Shown here: piece after piece, positions 47,923 through 57,231 of the stretch
Position numbering within the stretch: the first letter of the stretch is position 1
Layout of the letters: every line of letters begins with the position of its first letter
Assembly: GCA_044230075.1 (NCBI GenBank)
Contig: JBGARS010000009.1
Span: 21,458-85,457 of the forward strand
Origin: Planctomycetota bacterium
GTDB lineage: Bacteria; Planctomycetota; UBA1135; UBA2386
Direction: 5' to 3'
DNA: 64,000 bases
Translations under genes and position numbers: made by a program
Notes under the pieces: generated by a model
Seen by the model: the letters and a program-made list of their open reading frames with translations, nothing else
What the model was told of the DNA's origin: nothing
Database searches by the model: none

Positions 47923-49392
47923 ACCGATCGTCAGCGCGAGGCCGTTCGTGCTGGTGATCGCGAGCACCTGCAGCGACGCGTCGAGTTCGAACGGCACGAT
48001 CTGGTGGTAGACGGTCTGACCCACCAGCGACGGCGTGCGCACGACGCGGATCACCATCTCGGCCACACCACCGCTGACGGACACGAGGTCCAGGCGATCG
48101 GGCGTGACCAGCAGGTTGCAGCCGGCGGTGCCTTCGGGGAACAGCGACGGCCACGGCACCGACAGCTGGCCGAAGCCGAGCACCGAGAACCCCAACGCCA
48201 GCGCCGGCATGCCGGTCGCGCGCGCCCAGTAGCGGCCACCATCCCACGGCGGCGTGACCGCAGTCAGCGTGTTGAGGCCGCCGCTGCCGACGCAACCGCT
48301 GCCGAACGACACCACGTCCGGGCGGCACGTCGGTGCCCAGCGCGCGACCTGTGCCGCCGGTGCGCTGCCCGCCGTCGTGAACCCACCGCCCACCACGAGA
48401 TCGCCGTCGGGCAGGCCGACCAACGCCGCGACGTTGCTGTCGACGCCGCCACCGAGCGGCTGCCAGGCGGTGCCGTCCCAGCGCGCGAGCCGGCTCGCCG
48501 GCGCGCCGCCGGCCGTCGTGAACGAGCCCCCGGCGACCAGGTCGCCGTTGGCGAGCAGCGCCAGCGCCGTCACCCGACCGCCGGTGCCGGCGCCCAACGG
48601 CGCCCACGCCGAGCCGACATGTTGCGCGACATGGTTGCACGGCACGCTGCCCGACGCCGTGAACATGCCCGCGGCGAACAACTCGCCGGTGCTGGACACG
48701 GCGACCGCGTCCACCCAGTTGTCCATGCCGCTGCCGAGCGGCAACCAGGCGCTGCCGGTCCAGAAGCCGATCCGGTTGCACACGACGCCGCCCATCACCG
48801 TGAAGTTGCCGCCGGCCAGCAGCGAGCCGCCCGGCATCACCGCCAGCGCCGTGACCCAGTTGTCGGCGCCGCTGCCGAGTGGGTTCCACGCGGTGCCATC
48901 CCAGCGCGCGATGCGGTTGCACGGCACACCACCGGCGACGGTGAACGAACCGCCGGCGACCAGATCGCCGTTGCCCAGCACCGCGAGCGCGGTGACCCAG
49001 TTGTTCATGCCGCTGCCGAACGCATGCCAGCCGGCCCCATCCCAGCGCGCGATGTGGTTGCAGGCGATGCCACCTGCGGTCGGGAACCAGCCCGACGCGA
49101 CGAGGTCGCCGTTGCTCAGCACGGCGAGCGCACGCACCTCGATGTCGACGCCGGCGCCGAGCGCGCTCCATGCCGTGCCGTTCCAGCGCGCGAGGCGACT
49201 GCACGGCACGCCACCAGCCGACGTGAACGTGCCGCCGACGACGAGATCGCCGTTGCCCGCCTGCACGATGGCCTGCACGCGGTCGTTCGCGCCGGCGCCG
49301 AACGCCGTCCACACCGGCGTGCACTGCGCGACGGCGGCAACCGCCAGGCAAGCGGTCGTGAGAGCGATTCGCAGCAGGTTCGGCAGGTGCAT
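47914..49392 (-). CDS. Secreted seven-bladed beta-propeller protein with conserved C-terminal domain
   Basis: Signal peptide; seven ~47-aa repeats W..LG.G....V.ALAV..NGDLVAGG.FT.AGG.P..R.ARW.G; C-terminal FGSGC...GCNLLVTPD...TNGLALTIG. Confidence 0.85.
   Translation of the reverse strand: MHLPNLLRIALTTACLAVAAVAQCTPVWTAFGAGANDRVQAIVQAGNGDLVVGGTFTSAGGVPCSRLARWNGTAWSALGAGVDIEVRALAVLSNGDLVASGWFPTAGGIACNHIARWDGAGWHAFGSGMNNWVTALAVLGNGDLVAGGSFTVAGGVPCNRIARWDGTAWNPLGSGADNWVTALAVMPGGSLLAGGNFTVMGGVVCNRIGFWTGSAWLPLGSGMDNWVDAVAVSSTGELFAAGMFTASGSVPCNHVAQHVGSAWAPLGAGTGGRVTALALLANGDLVAGGSFTTAGGAPASRLARWDGTAWQPLGGGVDSNVAALVGLPDGDLVVGGGFTTAGSAPAAQVARWAPTCRPDVVSFGSGCVGSGGLNTLTAVTPPWDGGRYWARATGMPALALGFSVLGFGQLSVPWPSLFPEGTAGCNLLVTPDRLDLVSVSGGVAEMVIRVVRTPSLVGQTVYHQIVPFELDASLQVLAITSTNGLALTIGGY
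48330..49311 (-). repeat. Seven intragenic ~141-bp tandem repeats
   Basis: 47-aa periodicity in the translated protein. Confidence 0.8.
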
Positions 49393-49505
49393 GGACCAGG
49401 CAGCTTGTCGCCTGCGGCGCGGCCCGTCAACGTGAGGCGCGGCGCCTTGGTGTGCGACGCGGCGAGGCGACGATGGCACGGCGGCTTCGCGCCGAGTCAC
49501 CGTGG

Positions 49506-49559
49506 CTAGAAGATGCCGACCGTGACCTCGAGCCCATTGGTGGTGGTGACCACGAGGAA
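49506..49559 (-). pseudogene. Second orphan tail of the secreted-protein C-terminal domain
   Basis: Reads FLVVTTTNGLEVTVGIF*, matching ITSTNGLALTIGGY* and ITATNGLALTVGSY*. Confidence 0.55.
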
Positions 49560-49636
49560 CGTCGTCCGCGCAGCGGCACTCGACCCGTTACCGCACAGCA
49601 CACCTGGAACTACCGGCTACGATGCCCGCCCTGCCG

Positions 49637-50890
49637 ATGCGCTGCCTGCACTTCGCCCTGCTGACCGTCGCCTTCGCCACGCACCTCGCGGCCCAGGACG
49701 ACCTGCGCGATCGCGTGACGCGCACCGACGGCAAGGTGCTGACCGGCCGCGTGCTGAATCCGTACGCCGTCGACGAGGTCCTGCTGCTGCAGGGCGGCAA
49801 GCGAGTGCGCATGGCCCGGCCCGAAGTCGCGGCACTCGACCTGGTCGGCGATCGCGTGCGGGAGTTCTGCGACCGGCGCATCCGGCTGCGCACTTCACCG
49901 AAGGCACAGGCCTACCTGATCGACTGGGCGCAGGCGCACCAGCTGCCCGGCCTCGCGCGGATCCAGGCGATGTGGGTCGCCCTCGCCGACGACGACAACA
50001 CGGCCGCGCACGAGTTCCTCGGCCACAAGCGCGGGCCGAAGGGCTGGCTGTGGGAGCACGCGGGCCGCAGCGTGACGCGCGAGCAGCTCGACGACCTGCT
50101 CGTGCGCGAGCCGATGAAGATCCAGGGCGAACGCTTCGCTCTGCGTTGCGACGCCGACCTGCAGACGAACGTCAACGCGCTGTTGGACCTCGAGCACCTC
50201 GGTGTCGTCTGGCAGCAGCGCTTCGGCGAGGCGCTGCAACTGAAGGAGGTGCTGACGCCGATCGACGTGATCGCGCATCGCAACGTCGACGACTTCCCGA
50301 AGTGGGGCTTCCGGGCGGTGCCGTACTACGAACCGCCGCCGCACGGCGACGTCGCGCACACGTTCTACTCCGGCCCGGCACCGCAGCGGCCGCAGCGGCT
50401 GTTCTTCGTCGGCACCGAAGGGCTGCTCTACCGCACGCTGATCGGCGAGGTCAGCCGCAGCGACGACCGCGATCGGGTCTGCGCGTGGCTCGAGATCGGC
50501 TTCGGCATGGTGATGCAGAACACGATGCAGGGCGACGCGGGCTTCGCCGCGCCGGGCGACCTGCGGCGGCAGGACCTGCAGGCGCTGACGGCGCTCGGCC
50601 GCGACTACCGGATCACCCACCTGCTGCACCTGCCGATGTACAGCGCCTTCTACCTGATGGACGACACGGCGACGGCGGTCAACTGGAGCGCGGCGACGAT
50701 GTTCGTCACCTGGCTGCTGGAGCCGGACAACACGCCGCGCACACGCGAGCCGTTCCTGCGGTTCGTGCGCGCCGCACTCGGCGAACGCAAGGGCGACAGC
50801 AGCTCGCTGTTCGACAAGCTCATGGGCGTGCGCGTCGAAGACCTCGAAGCGCCGTGGCGCGCGTGGCTGGCCCAGACCGCCGGCTACTAG
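49637..50890 (+). CDS. Exported hypothetical protein (possibly degenerate zincin/DUF1570-like)
   Basis: Signal peptide; AHEFLGH, CAWLEIGFG, WSAATMFVTWLL, LEAPWRAWL; no HExxH. Confidence 0.65.
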   Translation: MRCLHFALLTVAFATHLAAQDDLRDRVTRTDGKVLTGRVLNPYAVDEVLLLQGGKRVRMARPEVAALDLVGDRVREFCDRRIRLRTSPKAQAYLIDWAQAHQLPGLARIQAMWVALADDDNTAAHEFLGHKRGPKGWLWEHAGRSVTREQLDDLLVREPMKIQGERFALRCDADLQTNVNALLDLEHLGVVWQQRFGEALQLKEVLTPIDVIAHRNVDDFPKWGFRAVPYYEPPPHGDVAHTFYSGPAPQRPQRLFFVGTEGLLYRTLIGEVSRSDDRDRVCAWLEIGFGMVMQNTMQGDAGFAAPGDLRRQDLQALTALGRDYRITHLLHLPMYSAFYLMDDTATAVNWSAATMFVTWLLEPDNTPRTREPFLRFVRAALGERKGDSSSLFDKLMGVRVEDLEAPWRAWLAQTAGY

Positions 50891-50980
50891 GCACGCGTGG
50901 GGAACGGGCTTCGCCCGCCTGTGCTGGAGCCGACGCGCCTCTCGGCGCGCAGCTCAGCGGCGATGACGTGGGCCGCAAGG
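50882..50980 (+). repeat. Structured intergenic repeat, copy B
   Basis: Begins GGCTACTAG-GCACGCGTGGGGAACGGGCTTCGCCCG; inverted copy of 47824-47922; weaker similarity extends to about 51008. Confidence 0.85.
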
Positions 50981-51045
50981 CATTTCATGTGCCGGGGATC
51001 GTGTCCGCAGGGGTGGATTGCCACTGACGGCGGGGCACCGACCCA

Positions 51046-51555
51046 CTATTGGCGGCCGGCGCCGGCGACGTTGTGCAACGCATCGCCTTCGAGGCGGCAG
51101 ACGCGCCAGTCGGACAACATCTGCGCACCCTGCCGTTGGTAGAAGCCGATCGCCGGCGTGTTCCAGTCGAGCACGTTCCAGTCGAGCCGCGGGCAACCGC
51201 GCGCCACGGCGACCGCGGCGACCGCGCGCAGCAGGGCGAGGCCGATGCCACGGCCACGTTGCTCGGGCTGCACGAACAGATCCTCGAGGTGCAGGCAGCT
51301 CCGTGTGCGGAACGTCGAGTAGGTCGGGAAGAACAACGCGAAGCCGACCGGCACGCCGTCGAGTTCGGCCAGCAGTGCGCCACAGGCCGGCTGCGGTCCC
51401 GCCAGGTGCTCGCGCAGGCGCGCTTCGTCGAGGTCGAGCTGGTGCTCCAGCTTCTCGTAGCGCGCGAGGTCGCAGATGAAGCGCGCGACGTGCCCGGCGT
51501 CCTCGGCACCGGCCGGGCGCACGACGACGCCACCGCGGCCGCCGCTCTGGCTCAC
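51046..51555 (-). CDS. GNAT N-acetyltransferase (SSAT-like)
   Basis: [41 protein letters not shown]; GTGA-coupled to infA. Confidence 0.9.
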   Translation of the reverse strand: MSQSGGRGGVVVRPAGAEDAGHVARFICDLARYEKLEHQLDLDEARLREHLAGPQPACGALLAELDGVPVGFALFFPTYSTFRTRSCLHLEDLFVQPEQRGRGIGLALLRAVAAVAVARGCPRLDWNVLDWNTPAIGFYQRQGAQMLSDWRVCRLEGDALHNVAGAGRQ

Positions 51556-51767
51556 GCGCGGTACGTGATGCGGCCGCGCGACAGGTCGTACGGCGACAGC
51601 TCCACCGTCACGCGGTCGCCCGGGATGATGCGGATGTAGTGCTTGCGCATCTTGCCCGAGATGTGCGCCAGCACGATGTGCCCGGCGTCGATCTGGATGC
51701 GGAACTTCGTGTTGGCGAGGGTCTCGACGACCGTGCCTTCCAGGACGATGGCTTCTTCTTTCGACAC
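51552..51767 (-). CDS. infA: Translation initiation factor IF-1
   Basis: [21 protein letters not shown]...[38 protein letters not shown]. Confidence 0.96.
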   Translation of the reverse strand: MSKEEAIVLEGTVVETLANTKFRIQIDAGHIVLAHISGKMRKHYIRIIPGDRVTVELSPYDLSRGRITYRA

Positions 51768-51932
51768 ACTCACTCTTCGATCCCTCGGGTCCTGCGGCCG
51801 GCACGGCCGTGGACGAGGGAGGAGCATCCTACGGGGCCGGGATGCCATCGACAAGCGCGCTCCTCGCCCCGAACTTGCCCCCGCACTGGGGCCCGGCTTG
51901 CCATCCAACCCCGCCGCCCGTCTGCTGGCGCG

Positions 51933-53081
51933 GTGAAGTTCCCGCGCCGACTCGCCGCCGCCGTCGTGCTCCTCCTGCTCGGCGCGGCAGGGATCCTCTA
52001 CGCCACTCGCAAGCAACCGCCCCAGGTGCTGGTGCACACCGTCGAACGCGGCACCGTCGAGGCGACCGTCGCCAACACCCGCGCCGGCACCGTCAAGGCC
52101 TGGCGGCGGGCCAAGCTCGCGCCCGGCACCGGCGGCCAGGTGGCCGCCCGGCATGTCAAGGAAGGCGATCGCGTGACCGCCGGGCAGGTCCTCGTCGAGC
52201 TGTGGAACGCCGACCTGAAGGCGCAGCGCCTGCTGGCCGAGAGTCAGGTGCTGCGCGCCAAGGCCCAGGCCGAGGAGGCACAGCTGCGCGCCGAACTCGC
52301 CGAACGCGAAGCCGCGCGCCAACACGAGCTGTTGGCGCAGCAGATCTCGACCGGCGAACGCGTCGATCGCGCCGACAGCGACGCCAAGGCAGCGCGCGCA
52401 GCCCAACGCGCCGCCGCCGCCGAGGCGGCCGTGCAGCAGCAGCAGATCGAGGTCGTCGACGCGCAGCTCGAACGCACGCTGGTGCGCGCGCCGTTCGCCG
52501 GCATCGTCGCCGAGGTCAACGGCGAGGTCGGCGAGTTCGTGACACCGTCGCCGGTCGGCATCCCGACGCCGCCCGCGGTCGACCTGATCGACGACAGCGC
52601 GCCGTACGTCACCGCGCCGATCGACGAGGTCGACGCCGCGCGCGTGCAGGTCGGCATGCCGGCGCGCGTGACCCTCGACGCATTCGGCAAGCGCTCCTTC
52701 GTGGGCCGCGTCAGCCGCATCGCGCCCTACGTGCTCGACCGCGAGAAGCAGGCCCGCACCGTCGACGTCGAGGTCGAGTTCGCCGAGCCGGCAACCGACA
52801 TCCACCTGCTGGCCGGCTACTCGGCCGACGTCGAGATCCTGCTGCAGCAGCACGAAGGCACCGTGCGCGTGCCCACCGAGGCGGTGCGCGACGGCGCGGT
52901 GTTCGTGCGCGCGACGGACGGCACGTTGTCGCTGCGCACCGTCACGACCGGACTCGCCAACTGGCGCTTCACCGAGATCACGCGCGGCCTGCAGCCAGGC
53001 GATGTCGTCGTGCTGTCACGCGACCGAGCCGGCGTCGTCGATGGCGCCGCGACCAGGGTCGAGCCGGCGAGCCAGCCGTGA
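51933..53081 (+). CDS. Efflux periplasmic adaptor (MacA/HlyD-like)
   Basis: N-terminal [22 protein letters not shown], coiled coil, [17 protein letters not shown]. Confidence 0.9.
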   Translation: MKFPRRLAAAVVLLLLGAAGILYATRKQPPQVLVHTVERGTVEATVANTRAGTVKAWRRAKLAPGTGGQVAARHVKEGDRVTAGQVLVELWNADLKAQRLLAESQVLRAKAQAEEAQLRAELAEREAARQHELLAQQISTGERVDRADSDAKAARAAQRAAAAEAAVQQQQIEVVDAQLERTLVRAPFAGIVAEVNGEVGEFVTPSPVGIPTPPAVDLIDDSAPYVTAPIDEVDAARVQVGMPARVTLDAFGKRSFVGRVSRIAPYVLDREKQARTVDVEVEFAEPATDIHLLAGYSADVEILLQQHEGTVRVPTEAVRDGAVFVRATDGTLSLRTVTTGLANWRFTEITRGLQPGDVVVLSRDRAGVVDGAATRVEPASQP

Positions 53082-53776
53082 TCGAACTGCGGGGTGTGCA
53101 GCGTGTGTTCCGCGTCGGCGACCAGGAGGTGCACGCGCTGCGCGACATCGACCTGACCATCGAGCCCGGCGAGTACCTGTCGCTGATGGGTCCCTCGGGT
53201 TCCGGCAAGTCGACGCTGCTGAACGTGCTCGGCCTGCTGGACCGGCCGACCGCCGGCAGCTGCCGGTTGTTCGGCCGCGACATCGGGGACCTCGACGACA
53301 GCGAACAGGCGCAGGTGCGGCGACAGAGCATCGGCTTCGTGTTCCAGTCGTTCCACCTGGTGCCGCGACTGACGACCGCGCAGAACATCGCGCTGCCGCT
53401 GGTGCTCGCCGAGGTGCCGCGTGTCGAGCGCCACGATCGCGTGCAGGCGCAGCTGGCGGCGTTCGGCCTCGAGGACCGCGCGCAACACCGCCCCGACGAA
53501 CTGTCCGGCGGTCAGCGCCAGCGCGCGGCGATCGCGCGGGCGACGATCGGCCGGCCGAAGCTGCTGCTCGCCGACGAACCGACCGGCAACCTCGATCGCC
53601 ACACCGGCGAAGACGTCATTCAGGTGCTGGAACGGCTGCACGACGACGGCCTGACGCTGATCGTCGTCACCCACGACCCGGAACTCGGCCGCCGCGCGCA
53701 CCGCAAGCTGCGCATGGACGACGGCCGCCTGGTCGGCGACGACCGCGACCCGGGGGCACACCATGCGGCTCGCTGA
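53078..53776 (+). CDS. ABC ATP-binding protein (MacB/LolD-like)
   Basis: GPSGSGKST, IGFVFQSF, LSGGQRQR, LADEPTGNLD, VTHD. Confidence 0.93.
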   Translation: MIELRGVQRVFRVGDQEVHALRDIDLTIEPGEYLSLMGPSGSGKSTLLNVLGLLDRPTAGSCRLFGRDIGDLDDSEQAQVRRQSIGFVFQSFHLVPRLTTAQNIALPLVLAEVPRVERHDRVQAQLAAFGLEDRAQHRPDELSGGQRQRAAIARATIGRPKLLLADEPTGNLDRHTGEDVIQVLERLHDDGLTLIVVTHDPELGRRAHRKLRMDDGRLVGDDRDPGAHHAAR

Positions 53777-54968
53777 GGAGCTGGCGTTCGCCGCCCACAG
53801 CCTGCGTGCCGCGCGTTCGCGCACGCTGCTGATCCTGCTGGCGATGGCGATCGGCACCGCTGGTGTCGTGCTGCTGACCTGGCTCGGGGAATCGGGCCGG
53901 AGCTACGTCACCGGCCAGTTCTCGGCGCTCGGCACCAACCTCGTGATCGTGCTGCCCGGCCGCACCGAGACCACCGGCGGCGCGCCGCCGCTGTTCGGCG
54001 AGACCGCGCGCGACCTGACGCTCGACGACGCGCTGGCCCTGCAGCGCAGCGAGGCGGTGATGCGGCTGGCGCCGATCGTCGCCGGCAGCATCGCCGTCAC
54101 GCACGGCAACCGCGAACGCGAGGCCATGGTGCTCGGCTCGACCGCCGAACTGCTCGCCGTGCGCCACCTCGAGCTCGGCACCGGCACGTTCCTGTCCGCC
54201 GGCGATCCGCGCCGCGGCGGTGCCGAATGCGTGCTCGGCGCGACGCTGCGCCGCGAGTTGTTCGGCAACGATCCGGCGATCGGCGAATGGGTGCGCCTCG
54301 CCGACCGGCGCTTCCGCGTCACCGGCGTGCTGTCGTCGGCGGGCCGTTCGCTCGGCACGGACCTCGACGAGATGGTGGTGGTGCCGGTGGCGTCGGCGAT
54401 GGCGCTGTTCGACACCGAAGGCCTGTTCCGCGTGCTGGTCGAGGCCACCGACCGCGACACCGTGCAACGCGCGACAGCCGACTGCGAACGCATCCTGCGC
54501 GACCGCCACGACGGCGAACTCGACGTGACCGTGATCACGCAGGAAGCCGTGCTGTCGACGTTCGACGGCATCCTGCGCGCACTGACCTACGCGATCGCCG
54601 GCATCGCCGCGATCAGCCTGGTCGTCGCCGGCATCCTGATCATGAACGTGATGGTGATCGCGGTGTCGCAGCGGCGCGCCGAGGTCGGCCTGCTGAAGGC
54701 GCTCGGCGCCGCGGCGCCGACGATCCGCACGTTGTTCCTGTGGGAGGCGCTACTGCTGGCGCTGTTCGGCGCCGGCACCGGGCTGCTGCTGGCCGAGGTG
54801 ACGACGCGGGTCGCTGCCGCGTTCGTGCCCGAACTGACCGCCGGCATGCCGGCCTGGGCCGCGATCGTGTCGTTCGCCGTCGCGCTGCTGATCGGCGTCG
54901 GCTTCGGCACGGCGCCGGCGGCGCGCGCGGCGCGGCTCGACCCGGTCGCCGCACTGGCGAGGCGGTGA
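53763..54968 (+). CDS. MacB/FtsX-type ABC permease
   Basis: LGTNLVIVLPG, ISLVVAGILIMNVM, EVGLLKALGA, PAARAARLDPVAAL. Confidence 0.9.
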   Translation: MRLAEELAFAAHSLRAARSRTLLILLAMAIGTAGVVLLTWLGESGRSYVTGQFSALGTNLVIVLPGRTETTGGAPPLFGETARDLTLDDALALQRSEAVMRLAPIVAGSIAVTHGNREREAMVLGSTAELLAVRHLELGTGTFLSAGDPRRGGAECVLGATLRRELFGNDPAIGEWVRLADRRFRVTGVLSSAGRSLGTDLDEMVVVPVASAMALFDTEGLFRVLVEATDRDTVQRATADCERILRDRHDGELDVTVITQEAVLSTFDGILRALTYAIAGIAAISLVVAGILIMNVMVIAVSQRRAEVGLLKALGAAAPTIRTLFLWEALLLALFGAGTGLLLAEVTTRVAAAFVPELTAGMPAWAAIVSFAVALLIGVGFGTAPAARAARLDPVAALARR

Positions 54969-54971
54969 GCG

Positions 54972-56171
54972 ATGCTGCCGCGCGACGTCCTGCAGCTGTC
55001 GTTCACCGCGGTGCGCGCGCAGCGACAACGCTCGTGGCTGACCGCGCTCGGCATCGCCGTCGGCATCGCCGCGGTCGTGCTGCTGACGTCGCTCGGCACC
55101 GGCCTGCAGCGCTTCGTGCTGGCGGAGTTCACGCAGTTCGGCACCAACCTGCTGCAGGTCACGCCCGGCAAGACGCAGACATTCGGCATGTCGGGCGCGA
55201 TGCTGAACAGCGTGCGGCCCCTGTCGCTCGACGACGCCGGGGCCCTGCAGCGCCTGCCGAACGTGCGCGGCATCGTGCCCATGGTCATGGGCAACGGTGC
55301 CGTCGAACACGGCGGCCGCAGCCGCCGCACCGCGATCTACGGCGTCTCCAGCGCGATGCCCGAGGTCTGGCAGTTCCAGCTCGGCAGCGGCACGTTCCTG
55401 CCTGCCGACGACGCCGGCACGGCGCGCGCATTCGCCGTGCTCGGCAGCAAGCTGCACAGCGAGCTGTTCGGTGACTCGACGGCGCTCGGCGAGATCGTGC
55501 GCATCGGCGGCGAACGCTTCCGCTGCATCGGCGTGATGGCAGCCAAGGGACAGTTCCTCGGCATCGACCTCGACGACGCGGTCTACGTGCCGACCGCGCG
55601 CGCTCTCTCGATGTTCGACCGCGAGGGCCTGATGGAGATCGACGTGCTGTTCACCGAGGCCGCCGCCACCGACGAGGTCAAGGCCGCCGTGCACCGTACG
55701 CTGGAGGGACGCCACGGCCGCGAGGACTTCACGATCACCTCGCAGCAGCAGATGCTCGATGTGCTCGGTTCGGTACTGGCGGTGCTGACGCTCGGCGTCG
55801 CCGGGCTCGGCGGCATCTCGCTCCTGGTCGGCGGCGTCGGCATCCTGACGATCCTGACCATCGCCATCGGCGAACGCACCAGCGAGATCGGCCTGCTGCG
55901 CGCGCTCGGCGCGACGCGGCGCGAGATCGTGCTGCTGTTCCTCGGCGAGGCGGCAGTGTTGGCGGCGGTCGGCGGCGCGCTGGGCCTGCTGCTCGGCAGC
56001 GGCACCGCCTGGCTGCTGCACTTCCTGGTGCCGGCGCTGCCGGTGGCGACGACGCTGTGGCAGGTGCTGCTGGCCGAGGGCATGGCGGTCGCGATCGGCC
56101 TGCTGGCCGGCACCGCGCCGGCACTGCGGGCGGCGCGGCTGGATCCGATCGAGGCGCTGCGAGCCGAATGA
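54972..56171 (+). CDS. MacB/FtsX-type ABC permease
   Basis: FGTNLLQVTPG, ISLLVGGVGI, ERTSEIGLLRALGA, AARLDPIEALRAE. Confidence 0.9.
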   Translation: MLPRDVLQLSFTAVRAQRQRSWLTALGIAVGIAAVVLLTSLGTGLQRFVLAEFTQFGTNLLQVTPGKTQTFGMSGAMLNSVRPLSLDDAGALQRLPNVRGIVPMVMGNGAVEHGGRSRRTAIYGVSSAMPEVWQFQLGSGTFLPADDAGTARAFAVLGSKLHSELFGDSTALGEIVRIGGERFRCIGVMAAKGQFLGIDLDDAVYVPTARALSMFDREGLMEIDVLFTEAAATDEVKAAVHRTLEGRHGREDFTITSQQQMLDVLGSVLAVLTLGVAGLGGISLLVGGVGILTILTIAIGERTSEIGLLRALGATRREIVLLFLGEAAVLAAVGGALGLLLGSGTAWLLHFLVPALPVATTLWQVLLAEGMAVAIGLLAGTAPALRAARLDPIEALRAE

Positions 56172-57179
56172 GCCCTGCCCGATCAGCCCGGCGCTGCGCC
56201 GCCGCCGCAGCTGCGCCGCGCCGGCATCGCCGTCGACGACATCACCGCGCTGACCGCCGCGCTGGCGCTGCCGTGGGCGCTGAAGCTCGTCTGGGCGCCC
56301 CTGGTCGATGTCGTGCAGACGCGCTGGTTCGGCCTGCGCGGCTGGCTCGTCACCGCCCAGCTCGGCATGGTGACGACGCTGTTGCCGCTGCTGAGCCTCG
56401 ATCCGGTGACGCACTTCGACGCGGTGTTCGGGCTGCTGCTGGCGCACGCGTTCTGCGCCGCGACGCAGGATGTCGCCATCGACGCGCTCGCGATCCGCAC
56501 CGTGCCCGCCGCTGAGCGCGGTTCGCTGAACGGCGCGATGCAGGCGGGCATGATCGGCGGCCGGGTGCTGTTCTCGTCGGGTGTGCTCTACCTGGCGGCG
56601 ACCACCGGCGAACGACTGGCCGTGCCGCTGTTGCTCGTGTTCGCGCTGTTGGCCGGCGCCGGCTTCGAAGCCTCCGGTCCGCGGTCCGGCAGCTGGCGGG
56701 TCGACCGCGGCTTTCACGACGACGGCATCGCGACGTTCCGCCTGGTCAGCGCCGGCCTGATGGCCGCGGGCGCGCTGCTCGGCGGCCGCCTCGCCGACCC
56801 ACGCGGTGCGAGGCAGACGTGCGCGTTCTGGCTGCTGCTGCTCGCCGGACTGCTCGGTGTCACCGCCAACAGCGACATTGCGGCGGCGCACATGGTCGCG
56901 CTGGCGCTCTACGCCGGCGTCTACTTCGCCATCGGCGCGTTCACCGCCGCGAGCTACGCGCTGTTCATGCAGAGCGCCAAGGGCCCGCTGGCAGCGACGG
57001 TGTTCAGCGCCTTCATGGGACTGACGAATGCCTGTGAATCGTGGGCCGGCCGGCTCGGTGGGACCCTGCAAGCGGAGCACGGCTATGGCGCGGCGATGCT
57101 GGTGCTGGCCGTGCTGTCGGTGCCAGCGCTGCTGACGCTGCGCGGCGCCGCCTGGGGAGGCAGGAACCAGGGTGCGTAG
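56168..57179 (+). pseudogene. AmpG-like MFS transporter, disrupted
   Basis: LPWALKLVWAPLVD, ATQDVAIDALA, ERGSLNG motifs; coupled ATG 56168 is out of frame, first TM missing, central part appears deleted. Confidence 0.65.
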
Positions 57180-57197
57180 GCGCTTTCCGCCGCCACG

Positions 57198-57226
57198 TTG
57201 ACGCCAACGCGGCGATCCGCGACACT
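57198..57226 (+). promoter_or_regulatory. Sigma70-like promoter for the helicase gene (probably leaderless)
   Basis: TTGACG-N17-GACACT, 5 nt before ATG 57232. Confidence 0.5.
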
Positions 57227-57231
57227 GCAGC

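Noticed and set aside
50882-50980. Repeat as a small protein-coding unit (TRGERASPACAGADAP in both copies)
   Set aside because: A few differences are synonymous in that frame, but there is no start codon and too few sites; RNA or DNA structure explains it equally well
56169-56171. UGA read-through fusing the ABC permease to the in-frame MFS body
   Set aside because: The permease ends at its canonical DPIEALRAE, the position is not a catalytic Cys, and a frameshifting deletion is simpler
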